From IMG/VR virus record IMGVR_UViG_3300035208_004206, positions 8,727 to 72,726 of that record: 64,000 nucleotides of DNA. One strand, 5' to 3'. The first letter of the stretch is position 1. Each line of letters begins with the position of its first letter. Origin of the DNA: a virus. Lineage: Duplodnaviria; Caudoviricetes. Below, one piece after another: positions 1 through 9,282 of this stretch. Both the position numbers and the translations under genes were made by a program. The notes beneath the pieces are model-generated. The model saw only the letters and a list, made by a program, of their open reading frames with translations. It was not told the DNA's origin and made no database searches.

Positions 1-1
1 G

Positions 2-1267
2 GACCTTGAGGAAGCTGGTGTCTTCACCAAGAACGAAGCTGTTGTGCCGTGTGGTGATGGTGCTGCGATAGTTGAATCAATATCAGAGTTCGCACGGAAC
101 AATGTCACGATGGCAACAGTGGAAACTCTTGTGGATTTCATCGAAAAAGAGGGCGCGCTTGAAGCTCTCGATGACAGCTTCAACGGATATGGCGATAAAG
201 ATGCACTCATCAGACAGATGAAATTGATGAAGCGCACCGATCCGAACGGATACGTCGATGCAGTGTTTCGAACCGACGTTGTTCGTGCGGCTTTCAAGCG
301 CGCAGAGGACAACGAAGCGGCCATCGAAAGCGAGACCGCGTGGGAGGAGAAGTCGGTCGGTGAGGAGATCACCGAAGCGACCATCCGTGATCGTGGCACA
401 CGTGACCGCATATATCTTGCGACCGGCACCAAGAATGACTTCCTCGCGGTCAAGCGGATGTGCGAGATGAAAGTGTCCAACCCCAAAAAGTATCGGAAGG
501 TGTTGGGTGAAGCGACCGATTCTCCGACGACTCTTAGTCCTGGCCAATACTGGATCGGTGACCTCTGCTACGTGATGCACGACGTGTGGAACGAGGTGGT
601 CGATAAAATGTACGAGGGTGACACCGATCATGAAGGAGAGGTCATCACACTCAATGATGGCAGGGAGTTCCTGTATTTTGGGACGGCACATGGAGATGGC
701 GAGTACTTCGATAACGAAGGTAATGCATATGGTGTCGATGCAGGGATCATAGGCATCATCGCGTTGGAAGATATAAAACAGGATGGAAAGAACGATCTGG
801 CCAATGGTAGGGTCGAGATGTTCAGTTCACCGTTCAGTTGTGCAAAGGACGGCGGGGTGTTGATATTCGGTGGCATTCAAATCGACACGGATCCTCAGGA
901 GGATTCCGATGAAGATTACGAAAACGAATACCCTGATGATGACATTGACGAGGCGAAAGTCGATTCTGAGTTGCCACAGGCGGCAGGTGAGAGTGAACCT
1001 GATGATATTGAGTACACATGGCGCGAGTGGAAGCGGGAACTTAGTGGGATGATGGTATTCTCTCAGTCTGACCTGGATGACATATTTGGTGAAGATGCAG
1101 AATCATACGACACCTCGGAGTGGGTCGAGCGCGGGTACATCGAGCGGGTGGAAGGGTTCGATGACATGACGCCGTCCGAGCTCAGGCAACTGTGTGTTGA
1201 CCCAGACTGCCTCGACATCATCGAATCCGACCCGGATGAGAGATACTTCAGGGTCATTCAACACTAA
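2..1267 (+). CDS. Acidic multi-module hypothetical protein, 5'-truncated by the window edge
   Basis: Frame is open from position 2 to TAA at 1267. Central module YWIGDLCYV...GDGEY...GVDAGIIG; D/E-rich linkers. Confidence 0.75.
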   Translation, partial: DLEEAGVFTKNEAVVPCGDGAAIVESISEFARNNVTMATVETLVDFIEKEGALEALDDSFNGYGDKDALIRQMKLMKRTDPNGYVDAVFRTDVVRAAFKRAEDNEAAIESETAWEEKSVGEEITEATIRDRGTRDRIYLATGTKNDFLAVKRMCEMKVSNPKKYRKVLGEATDSPTTLSPGQYWIGDLCYVMHDVWNEVVDKMYEGDTDHEGEVITLNDGREFLYFGTAHGDGEYFDNEGNAYGVDAGIIGIIALEDIKQDGKNDLANGRVEMFSSPFSCAKDGGVLIFGGIQIDTDPQEDSDEDYENEYPDDDIDEAKVDSELPQAAGESEPDDIEYTWREWKRELSGMMVFSQSDLDDIFGEDAESYDTSEWVERGYIERVEGFDDMTPSELRQLCVDPDCLDIIESDPDERYFRVIQH

Positions 1268-1370
1268 CCTGGGTTACTAGGTTCTTCGATGTGAGACTTT
1301 TAAGACAATCCTGATACCTTATGCTTGCAGAACTTCCTTGACAACCAGGAACAGATATAATACAAGATAC

Positions 1371-1397
1371 AGATATTCGCTGCCGCTCAATCGTATT
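1371..1397 (+). repeat. 27-bp intergenic direct repeat, copy 1 (AGATATTCGCTGCCGCTCAATCGTATT)
   Basis: Identical to 62113-62139; both copies are preceded by short AGATA/GATA repeats. Confidence 0.9.
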
Positions 1398-1413
1398 TTA
1401 TATCAAATATCAG

Positions 1414-1431
1414 AAGTCCGCGAGGATTTTT
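1414..1431 (+). terminator. Possible intrinsic terminator
   Basis: AAGTCC-GCGA-GGATTT hairpin with a GNRA loop, followed by Ts. Confidence 0.4.
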
Positions 1432-1446
1432 CACAACTATTTCCTA

Positions 1447-1473
1447 GCGCCCGAGGAAATCCAACCGTATAAT
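1447..1473 (+). promoter_or_regulatory. Putative middle-class promoter GCG-N18-TATAAT
   Basis: Same spacing as at 21980, 29592, 31795, 32785 and 37898. Confidence 0.6.
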
Positions 1474-1499
1474 ATCTTGTGTGTTAACTGGAGGTTGAT

Positions 1500-1844
1500 A
1501 TGAAAGTGTTCATCGTAACAGCTGCTTGGGGTGAGTATGAAGACCGGACAGAAGAAGTGATCGGGGTGTACTCAAACAAAAAGACAGCGAATCTTATTGT
1601 TGCAAACATGAAAGAAGAGTTTGCTCGCCGTGGAAAACTGCCTTGCCCCAAGGATTGCACTAAAGACGGTCCTTCGGTAGATTATCATGACCGGAGATAT
1701 GACGATCTCTTTAAGAAGTGGCAACATTGGATGAATGCACAATATTGGAAAGACGGTGGGATCTATTACGATGTCAAAGATTTTGAAGTAGATAAGCTTC
1801 GTGGGGTAATTACAAAAGCCTGCAACATGATAATGGATTGGTAA
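1500..1844 (+). CDS. Hypothetical protein
   Basis: 114 aa ORF with GGAGG RBS. Confidence 0.75.
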   Translation: MKVFIVTAAWGEYEDRTEEVIGVYSNKKTANLIVANMKEEFARRGKLPCPKDCTKDGPSVDYHDRRYDDLFKKWQHWMNAQYWKDGGIYYDVKDFEVDKLRGVITKACNMIMDW

Positions 1845-1845
1845 C

Positions 1846-3249
1846 ATGATAAGAAAGTCATCAAACCCCGCAAAGCATTCTGTTGTTCCGACTGAGACTC
1901 ACAAGTATGTGAGCAATGCCTACAAACTTTTTAGTCTATATATTTTGGCACATCGTGCGATCCCCAATCTTCTTGACGGTCTCAAGACCTCTCAGCGAAA
2001 AGCTTTGTGGGTGTCGAAGTCTCGTGCTCGAAACTTTGTGAAGACAGAAGCTCTCGCAGGTTATGTGTACGCAGAGGGCAACTATCATCATGGTCCTGCT
2101 TCTCTTTCTCAAGCAATGTCCATGATGGCCAGGGACTTCCAGGGTGCGAATAACATCCCGCTCATGGATGGAGATGGGGCTTTCGGTAGTTTCCTTGATC
2201 CGACGGGTTATGGTTCTCCGAGGTACACCGGAGTCAGAGTGTCAAAGTGGTTTGATCTTCTGTTCGATGCTCGTGACTTCGAGATCGCCCCGACAGCAGT
2301 TGACCCTGAGGATCCTGAGCCGGAACACTTTCTCCCCATCCTTCCTGTCGCACTTCTGAATGGTGTGAGCGGTGTTGCTGTTGCATACGCCACCGAGATT
2401 TGTGCATATGACCCGATGGATATTCTGAACCGCGTAGAAGATCTTCTTGCTGGAAAGAAACCTCGGAAGCGGTTGATTCCGTGGTACAAGGGTTACACCG
2501 GTGAAGTGACCCTTGGTGAAGAAGGCAAGTTCCAGATGACCGGTAAGATGGAAACCGTCGGTCGTAACAAAGTAAAAGTGACAGAGGTCCCAATTCAATA
2601 CTCTCAGGAGAAGTACATTGCTTTGCTTGGAAAGCTCCTGGACAAAGGAAAGATCGACTCGTGGGTCGACATGTCAAAGGAACACTGGGACATTACTATC
2701 AAGCTGAATGATGCTTCGCCCACTGGCGAGGAGCTTGAGAAAGCTCTTGGTCTGCGTGTCTCACTCCCCGAGAATATCAACTTCATTGAGAACGGCCAGA
2801 TCATCGGGTTTGATACCGCAGATGAATACATTGAGAAGTGGTTTGAGAAACGTCTCCCATTCTTTCAAGCACGCAAGGAAAATGAAATCAGAAAAGTCGA
2901 TGAACACCGTTTGAACGTGGCATCAAAGTTGGCACTGAATGCGGTGCTCACCGAACATGGCGGGAAACTGTCTGGTCTGTCTGGTGAAGAGTGTGGTCGT
3001 GCGACACTCAAGCTCACTAACATCACCGCACTGACGAAGGTGAAGGTACAGGATATTGCCTTAGCTGTCCCGGTGACATTCAAGACGGTTCAACTGTCTG
3101 CGATCGGTGACGACAAGGTGAAGGACCTTCAGGAGAAGGCTGTGCAATTAAATAAAGTGCGTGAAGAATTAGTTGCCAGATCTATTACTGAGGATTGGAA
3201 AAATGATATACAACGTTTTAGAACAGAATACAAGAAAAGGATGGCTTGA
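1846..3249 (+). CDS. gp52: DNA topoisomerase II, GyrA/ParC-like subunit (T4 gp52-like)
   Basis: RAIPNLLDGLKTSQRK, YHHG, GDGAFGS and catalytic SPRY motifs. Confidence 0.93.
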   Translation: MIRKSSNPAKHSVVPTETHKYVSNAYKLFSLYILAHRAIPNLLDGLKTSQRKALWVSKSRARNFVKTEALAGYVYAEGNYHHGPASLSQAMSMMARDFQGANNIPLMDGDGAFGSFLDPTGYGSPRYTGVRVSKWFDLLFDARDFEIAPTAVDPEDPEPEHFLPILPVALLNGVSGVAVAYATEICAYDPMDILNRVEDLLAGKKPRKRLIPWYKGYTGEVTLGEEGKFQMTGKMETVGRNKVKVTEVPIQYSQEKYIALLGKLLDKGKIDSWVDMSKEHWDITIKLNDASPTGEELEKALGLRVSLPENINFIENGQIIGFDTADEYIEKWFEKRLPFFQARKENEIRKVDEHRLNVASKLALNAVLTEHGGKLSGLSGEECGRATLKLTNITALTKVKVQDIALAVPVTFKTVQLSAIGDDKVKDLQEKAVQLNKVREELVARSITEDWKNDIQRFRTEYKKRMA

Positions 3250-3265
3250 TCGTCTCATAGATAAG

Positions 3266-3427
3266 ATGCACAGAAAGGGTTTTCATTTCTGGTCTTATCG
3301 CATGGGTCTGTATGAACTTTTCAGATACTGTGATCGGTGCAAGAGATACGAGAAAGCAGTCGGTGAAGTGTGGTTGCCATGTTCTTGGCAAGATAAACAT
3401 GAACTTGATATTTTAAGGGGGATGTGA
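3266..3427 (+). CDS. Small Cys/His-containing hypothetical protein
   Basis: GFHFW...CDRC; fills the gap between two genes; start uncertain. Confidence 0.45.
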   Translation: MHRKGFHFWSYRMGLYELFRYCDRCKRYEKAVGEVWLPCSWQDKHELDILRGM

Positions 3428-3982
3428 ATGATTGGAAAATCGGCGTTTTCCGAGTGCCTTGAGGTTGTGCTTCAGCATGAGGGGGGTTATGTGAATGACC
3501 CCTCTGATAATGGCGGGGAAACGATCTATGGCATATCTCGTCGTGCTCATCCCAACTGGGGTGGTTGGTCGTATGTTGACAAGGCGAAACCTTTGAAGTT
3601 CAACGCAAAGCTTCCTACCGTTCTTGCTCTTGTGTCAATCCTATATCGGAAAGAGTACTGGGAGCGGTGCAACTGTGATGAGATCGCGAAGTATAACCAA
3701 ACACTCGCTCTCCACGTCTTTGACTTTGCAGTGAATGCTGGGGGTGATCGCGGAGCAAAGACTCTGCAAGCATGTTTGGGTGTTAAGGAAGATGGAAAGA
3801 TCGGACCGATCACTCTTGCAAAGATGCGAGAGAGTGATCCTGCCGTGATCGTGCTTGGATACAAGACCCGCCGGGAAGAGTTCTACACCAGTCTTTCGAA
3901 GCAACCTAAGCAGAAGAAGTTCTTGAAAGCGTGGTTGGCTCGGGTCAATGGATGCAATGACGCCTTCTGTTCTGTCGCCTAA
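3428..3982 (+). CDS. Glycoside hydrolase family 108 endolysin with peptidoglycan-binding domain
   Basis: HEGGYVNDPSDNGGETIYGI catalytic motif; FDFAVNAG; DGKIGPIT; KFLKAWLARV. Confidence 0.9.
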   Translation: MIGKSAFSECLEVVLQHEGGYVNDPSDNGGETIYGISRRAHPNWGGWSYVDKAKPLKFNAKLPTVLALVSILYRKEYWERCNCDEIAKYNQTLALHVFDFAVNAGGDRGAKTLQACLGVKEDGKIGPITLAKMRESDPAVIVLGYKTRREEFYTSLSKQPKQKKFLKAWLARVNGCNDAFCSVA

Positions 3983-4015
3983 CTGGTTGAAATCCCAAAA
4001 GAATATTAACAAAGA

Positions 4016-4050
4016 AAAATGTACATTGCTTGTGATCTATTGTATAATAT
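4016..4050 (+). promoter_or_regulatory. Early-type promoter AAAATGTACA-N17-TATAAT
   Basis: -35 TGTACA 4020-4025, -10 TATAAT 4043-4048; matches 8033 and 22786. Confidence 0.8.
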
Positions 4051-4078
4051 ATAGAATGTTTGGAATGGAGAAGACCGC

Positions 4079-4765
4079 GTGAACTATTTTGTTTTGGAAG
4101 AAACCTTCCGAAAAAACGCTAAAAGTTTAGATCTTTTGCGTCTCCCCAAGATGATAGTCGAGACGGCTCAGATACTTTCTACTGCTATCCATATTCGTGG
4201 TCCTTGGTGTGGGCCATTCCACAATAGATTGTATTGCATGACCCACGAGAATCATCCCACTGTCAAATGGGCGGTCAGCCATTCTCTGAACTGTCGACAC
4301 CTTTGCTCATACCTTCAGGCACTCCTCGAAGAGTATACCAGACGGTTCGGCAAAGTTCACAGTGTCACAAAGATGATCCCCGCCTTTCATGTTGCATGGG
4401 GTGAATGTACGATCGATGAGAAACCAACCTTCAACACTCTTCCTCCTATGACCATGCCCGAACCTTTCAAAGTGTTCACGCTTGGGGCATACAACAATCT
4501 TGGTGTGGCAAACTTTCAACCCGTGCCCGATGTGATTGAATCATACCGACGGTTCTTTGCCAGCAAGCCGAGAGTCTCGTATGATATAAACGAGATCCCT
4601 CGATGGTTCTTGCAGAAGAGATTGACCTCGTTCAAGGTTCGCACCGCTCCGAAAGTATATGCGATTTGGCAACCTGTCGTGGAAGAGGGTGAAGTTGTTG
4701 CAGCAACGATTCGGTGGAAAGACGGAACGGTGATGAACCGCGTTAACTATTGGAAGGACAAATGA
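4079..4765 (+). CDS. Pyrimidine-dimer DNA glycosylase-like protein
   Basis: MNYFVL...KMIVETAQILST...THENHPTVKW...EEYTRRFGKVH pattern; GTG start. Confidence 0.7.
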   Translation: MNYFVLEETFRKNAKSLDLLRLPKMIVETAQILSTAIHIRGPWCGPFHNRLYCMTHENHPTVKWAVSHSLNCRHLCSYLQALLEEYTRRFGKVHSVTKMIPAFHVAWGECTIDEKPTFNTLPPMTMPEPFKVFTLGAYNNLGVANFQPVPDVIESYRRFFASKPRVSYDINEIPRWFLQKRLTSFKVRTAPKVYAIWQPVVEEGEVVAATIRWKDGTVMNRVNYWKDK

Positions 4766-5013
4766 CCGTCAACTGTAAGAAAGCGGCGAAGGAACTGGTC
4801 GACCATCTTTTCCGTAAGGAAGTGTGGATGACAAAGGATGAACATAAAGAACTTGTTTCTGAAATTGAGAAGACGGTGTTCGACACGATGAAGGTTTCTT
4901 CAAAGCAGGAACTGGCAATGCTCATTCAGAGAGAACTTGAATTGATAGAAGACAACACCAAAAGAACAATGGCACTTAATGCACTACGTACATCGTGGGG
5001 AATTTATGACTAA
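4762..5013 (+). CDS. Hypothetical protein
   Basis: ATGA overlap with the upstream gene; helical 83 aa ORF. Confidence 0.7.
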   Translation: MTVNCKKAAKELVDHLFRKEVWMTKDEHKELVSEIEKTVFDTMKVSSKQELAMLIQRELELIEDNTKRTMALNALRTSWGIYD

Positions 5014-6883
5014 AGATCGTGCTGCACAAATTGAAAAGCTGAACCCTCGGGAAGCTTGTCTGCTTCGGCCCAACATGTATATTGGGACAACCCAGACTGA
5101 ATTGATCAAAGGTTGGGTTATTCGAAAGGACGAGGAGCTTGGACAACACGTACTCGATGCAGTTGAACACCCCACGAACATTGGGTTTTTCAAGCTTTTC
5201 GATGAAATAATTTCCAACTCAATTGGTGAGTATATCAAGACCGAGGGGAAATTTTTCGACAAAATAGAGGTGTGGGTTGACGAGCGGAATTCTTTCCGCG
5301 TTCGGGATTATGGTCGAGGTGTTCCGGTTGCAGATGATGCAAAGACTGGGAAACCTCAGGTTGAACTCGCTTTCACTGAACTGCATGCGGGTTCGAACTT
5401 CAAAGAAAATGATGACAGCCCAGGGATGAATGGTGTCGGTGCAGCTCTCACCAATTACTTCTCGACTGAATTCATTGTTGAGACGAACGACGGCGACAAG
5501 ATGGCAACACTCACCTGCACCAACAACTGTTCTGAGGTGAAGCTGAAGAAGCATGCCCCTCGTGGCAGACGTGGAACAGATATTCGTTGGAAGGTCGACG
5601 AGGATCGTTTCGAAGGAATCGATCGCATCTCAAAGGGTGATGTGTGCAAGTTTGTGTACAAGCGTCTTGTTGAAGCCAAGACCTGTTTCCCGAAGCTTCG
5701 TCTCTTCTTCAATGATGAGGAAGTCAAGGGAACGATGTTTGACTTTCTTTCTCACCTTCCCGGTGACACGGCTAGAACGAAAGATGGTCGTGCTCACGTT
5801 GGAGTGTTCCTGAAACGTCGTGGCACCGAAGACGACATCAGCTTTGTCAACGGTCTCAACACATACAAAGGAGGGTCACACCTTCTGTGGGTGAAGAAGT
5901 TCATGGTGGAAGAGATCGGCAAGAAGATCAAACGCAAGTTCGGGTTTGAAGCCAACTCACGGAAGCTAAGAGACTCTCTCTTCTTCGTGGTCTCCATAAC
6001 TGGTCTCAGGGATGCGAAGTTCGATGGTCAGAACAAGACAGAGCTCAAAGTCCCAGAGGGCAAGGTGAAGGAGTTGATCCCCGAGGAGTTCCTTGACCGG
6101 CTTGCTTGGACCTTCGTTGGTGAGAACAAGGGTGCGGTCGAAGAGTGGATTAACACCCTCAACGATGAGGAAGAACAGGAACTGCTCAAGGCCGCAAGCA
6201 AGAAGGTGAAGAAGGACACCAAGAAGGTCGCGAAGTTTGTTGATGCGGTCGGTGCAGATAGATCTGACACGACACTGTTCCTCATGGAAGGTGACAGTGC
6301 TCGGTCGCAGTTCTGTGAGGTGAGAGATCAGTTGCGGCACGGTGTGTATCCTCTCCGTGGTCGGATACTCAATGTCTATGGGTGCAAGCTTGCGAAGGTC
6401 TTGGCCAACGACGTGGTGACGAACATCGCCACAGTCCTTGGGCTTGAGTTCGGAAAGGATCCTGGAAAGATGCGGTTTGAACGAGTGGCACTGTTGACAG
6501 ATGCAGACCCCGATGGTGATGCGATCACTGCGGGTCTCGTGACATTCTTCTACAGGTTCTGGCCTTCACTGTTCAACGATGGTCGGGTGGTGAAAGTCCT
6601 GGCTCCTCTGGCGATCGCCAAGAAGAGTGGTGATGTGAGACGGTACTACTCGATGGAAGAGTTCAATGCCGCCAAGAGTGATCTCGATGGTTGGACGGTA
6701 AAATACTATAAGGGTTTGGCAGGTCTTCCGAAAGAAGAGTATGCTGACTTGCTGAATGCTGGGGTGTGGCTTCAGCTCAAGACGGATGAAGCGGAAGAGA
6801 CCGCGAAGACCTTTGAGCTGTTGTTTGGAAAGAGTGCTGATGCACGGAAAGGATGGCTCGGGGATGGCGGCGAAGATGAATAG
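5006..6883 (+). CDS. gp39: DNA topoisomerase II, GyrB/ParE-like subunit (unsplit gp39+gp60 equivalent)
   Basis: LRPNMYIG, EIISNS, DYGRGVP, GMNGVGA, TOPRIM EGDSA, PLRGRILN and DADPDG motifs. Confidence 0.95.
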   Translation: MTKDRAAQIEKLNPREACLLRPNMYIGTTQTELIKGWVIRKDEELGQHVLDAVEHPTNIGFFKLFDEIISNSIGEYIKTEGKFFDKIEVWVDERNSFRVRDYGRGVPVADDAKTGKPQVELAFTELHAGSNFKENDDSPGMNGVGAALTNYFSTEFIVETNDGDKMATLTCTNNCSEVKLKKHAPRGRRGTDIRWKVDEDRFEGIDRISKGDVCKFVYKRLVEAKTCFPKLRLFFNDEEVKGTMFDFLSHLPGDTARTKDGRAHVGVFLKRRGTEDDISFVNGLNTYKGGSHLLWVKKFMVEEIGKKIKRKFGFEANSRKLRDSLFFVVSITGLRDAKFDGQNKTELKVPEGKVKELIPEEFLDRLAWTFVGENKGAVEEWINTLNDEEEQELLKAASKKVKKDTKKVAKFVDAVGADRSDTTLFLMEGDSARSQFCEVRDQLRHGVYPLRGRILNVYGCKLAKVLANDVVTNIATVLGLEFGKDPGKMRFERVALLTDADPDGDAITAGLVTFFYRFWPSLFNDGRVVKVLAPLAIAKKSGDVRRYYSMEEFNAAKSDLDGWTVKYYKGLAGLPKEEYADLLNAGVWLQLKTDEAEETAKTFELLFGKSADARKGWLGDGGEDE

Positions 6884-7106
6884 CAAGACGCTCTTCTATA
6901 AGTGGATCAAGCTCTCTGGGTTGATCGGTATTGAGTTGTCTTTGACACGAGATGACTTCAACTGTTACAGAGCTTTCCTTCCTTTGGTCGATATTCATTT
7001 TGGGTATCCTTCGAAGTGGCGGAAGTTCAGTGTGATGATCTTTGCGTTTCAGTATACGTTCACTTTCGAAGTGCTTGATGATCAATACGAGAAACTTGGT
7101 GAATGA
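6876..7106 (+). CDS. Small hypothetical protein
   Basis: Overlaps the upstream stop; 76 aa. Confidence 0.6.
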   Translation: MNSKTLFYKWIKLSGLIGIELSLTRDDFNCYRAFLPLVDIHFGYPSKWRKFSVMIFAFQYTFTFEVLDDQYEKLGE

Positions 7107-7264
7107 TCAAGTCAACCAAAAGATCTCGCAACAGGTATAAGAAACCCGAAAGCGTAAGTCATCAGATGTTGATGCGACGGTTGTTTCCTCTTCGCACAAA
7201 GAATATCTTTACTGGTGAACCGATGATAATTCATGTTTGTAATCCGAGGAACAGAAAACACTGA
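7103..7264 (+). CDS. Small basic hypothetical protein (53 aa, not in the ORF track)
   Basis: ATGA overlap; MIKSTKRSRNRYKKPES... Confidence 0.5.
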   Translation: MIKSTKRSRNRYKKPESVSHQMLMRRLFPLRTKNIFTGEPMIIHVCNPRNRKH

Positions 7265-7282
7265 AGAGTATGGAGATCAACT

Positions 7283-7999
7283 ATGATGATTCAATGTGAG
7301 AAGTGTGGAAGGATTTACTCCGGCTTTCAGTATGGTAAAGACTTTGGTCTTTGCTTCGAATGCGATCGTGATAAGATCAATGCTTGGTATTTGTCACAAG
7401 CGAATGTACAACCTAGGCTGATGTTCAGAGAACGGTATGAAAACAAAAAACGAATACAAGAACTGTTTGATAAGATCAATAAGGTTGCAGCAAAACAATC
7501 AACCAAAGATTGGTGGCTGATACACTGTCCGAACTGTGGTCAAGCACTTCGCAGTGATGTGGAGAACATTGCTGACTTGAAAGAGTTTGAGTGTGGTAAG
7601 TGTCATCATCACTTCAGGGTTGTCACAGAAAAGAAGATACCGACCAACGAAAAAGAACTCGCCGAGTATAATAGACGTTTGTACAACGATTTCTTTGGTA
7701 ACCCTAAGAGTAGAGCAGATGCTTTGAATACTCGGAAGGTAGTGATCTTCTCCACTCCGAAGGGGCGTGATCCTTTCTTCAAACTGTTTGAGATGGCTCA
7801 AGAGAAGGAAGAGGTGAAACGTATTCAGTCAGAGCTTTTTGGTCTCATTGATCAAATATACAAGATTGTTCAGGATATGACTATTGCATATGAAAAGAAG
7901 TATGGGATAGATGGACAGACCGGTTGTTCAGGTCTTTCGGGTCATGGTGACTCGAGGGGTGCAACAGGCGTCAAAGGTTCGGTCGGAATTAAATCCTAA
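7283..7999 (+). CDS. Hypothetical protein with two Zn-ribbon-like CxxC pairs
   Basis: CEKC/CFEC and CPNC/CGKC; Gly-periodic C-terminus. Confidence 0.7.
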   Translation: MMIQCEKCGRIYSGFQYGKDFGLCFECDRDKINAWYLSQANVQPRLMFRERYENKKRIQELFDKINKVAAKQSTKDWWLIHCPNCGQALRSDVENIADLKEFECGKCHHHFRVVTEKKIPTNEKELAEYNRRLYNDFFGNPKSRADALNTRKVVIFSTPKGRDPFFKLFEMAQEKEEVKRIQSELFGLIDQIYKIVQDMTIAYEKKYGIDGQTGCSGLSGHGDSRGATGVKGSVGIKS

Positions 8000-8032
8000 C
8001 CCCTCGTAATCACTCAAGAATATTTACTCCAT

Positions 8033-8067
8033 AAAATGTACATTCTTGCTGATCGGGTGTATAATAT
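8033..8067 (+). promoter_or_regulatory. Early-type promoter AAAATGTACA-N17-TATAAT
   Basis: -35 8037-8042, -10 8060-8065, directly upstream of rtcB. Confidence 0.8.
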
Positions 8068-8102
8068 CAGAGTGGTGCGAAGTGCACTTTGAGAGGTAGT
8101 TG

Positions 8103-9272
8103 ATGAAGTGGGTATCTGAAACGGCAGGTCTTCTGATAAAGTCTTGGTGTGCCGATGTAGAAGCTGGTGCACACGAGCAGGCTCTCAATCTTGCAATGCT
8201 TCCGTTTGCATACCGTCATATTGCACTGATGCCGGATTGTCATCAGGGTTATGGTATGCCGATCGGTGGAGTGCTTGCTACCGAAGGTGTCGTGATCCCG
8301 AATGCGGTTGGTGTCGACATTGGGTGTGGTATGTGTGCGGTCCGTTTCAACATCAAGGCAGAGGAAATTCAGAAGGATGATATGAAGAAGATCATGGGGA
8401 TCATTCGCAAGAACGTTCCTGTTGGGTTTGCAAAGCATCCCGACATGCGGAATAAAATGATGATGCCTCGTGATTCAGGAGAATCGTTGATCGTTGATAA
8501 AGAGTGGAACAACGCTGTTATGTCGATGGGTTCGCTTGGATCGGGTAATCATTTCATAGAGTTACAGCGGTCTGAAAAGGATGGTGCTCTCTGGGCGATG
8601 ATACACTCGGGTTCACGTAACCTTGGGAAGAAAGTCGCTGATCACTACAATGAGATCGCAAAGCGTCTCAATGATGTGTGGTATTCTTCTGTTCCTGCGA
8701 AACACGATCTTGCTTTCCTTCCTTATATGAGTGAGGAAGGTATTGCATATGTGCATGAAATGCAATACTGTGTGGAGTTCGCTCTTGCCAACCGGTTGGA
8801 GATGATGCATCAGATCATAGAAGCAGCTCATGAAGTTACTGGGTGTGAGGCTGTGGGTAATGTCATCAATATCGCTCACAACTATGCACGGCTTGAGCAT
8901 CACTTCGGTCGAGACGTTGTGGTGCATCGTAAAGGTGCAACGTCTGCTCGTGAGGGCGAGATCGGTTTGATCCCCGGTTCACAGGGTACTGCATCGTATG
9001 TAGTTCGTGGTCTTGGGAATATGGAAAGCTTCATGTCCTGTTCGCATGGTGCAGGTCGTCGGATCGGGCGGAAAGCTGCTCAGCGGGAACTGTCGCTTGA
9101 GGGCGAGATCAAACGGCTTGATGACCTCGGCGTGATCCACAACGTTCGGAACGTTGCTGACCTTGATGAAGCTGCTGGTGCGTACAAGGATATTGATATG
9201 GTGATGGAAGCTCAGAGTGATCTCGTTGAGATCGTTGAGAAGCTGATACCGGTTGCTGTTATTAAAGGATAG
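8103..9272 (+). CDS. rtcB: RtcB RNA ligase (2',3'-cyclic/3'-phosphate to 5'-OH)
   Basis: MPDCHQGYG, VGVDIGCG, GSLGSGNHFIE, HSGSR, AHNY, HRKGAT, SHGAGR and DEAAGAYK motifs. Confidence 0.96.
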   Translation: MKWVSETAGLLIKSWCADVEAGAHEQALNLAMLPFAYRHIALMPDCHQGYGMPIGGVLATEGVVIPNAVGVDIGCGMCAVRFNIKAEEIQKDDMKKIMGIIRKNVPVGFAKHPDMRNKMMMPRDSGESLIVDKEWNNAVMSMGSLGSGNHFIELQRSEKDGALWAMIHSGSRNLGKKVADHYNEIAKRLNDVWYSSVPAKHDLAFLPYMSEEGIAYVHEMQYCVEFALANRLEMMHQIIEAAHEVTGCEAVGNVINIAHNYARLEHHFGRDVVVHRKGATSAREGEIGLIPGSQGTASYVVRGLGNMESFMSCSHGAGRRIGRKAAQRELSLEGEIKRLDDLGVIHNVRNVADLDEAAGAYKDIDMVMEAQSDLVEIVEKLIPVAVIKG

Positions 9273-9282
9273 GAGAAAAAGG

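Noticed and set aside
1338-1361. Perfect TTGACA and TATAAT hexamers
   Set aside because: The spacer is only 12 nt, incompatible with a sigma70 promoter, and TTGACA lies in a hairpin loop.
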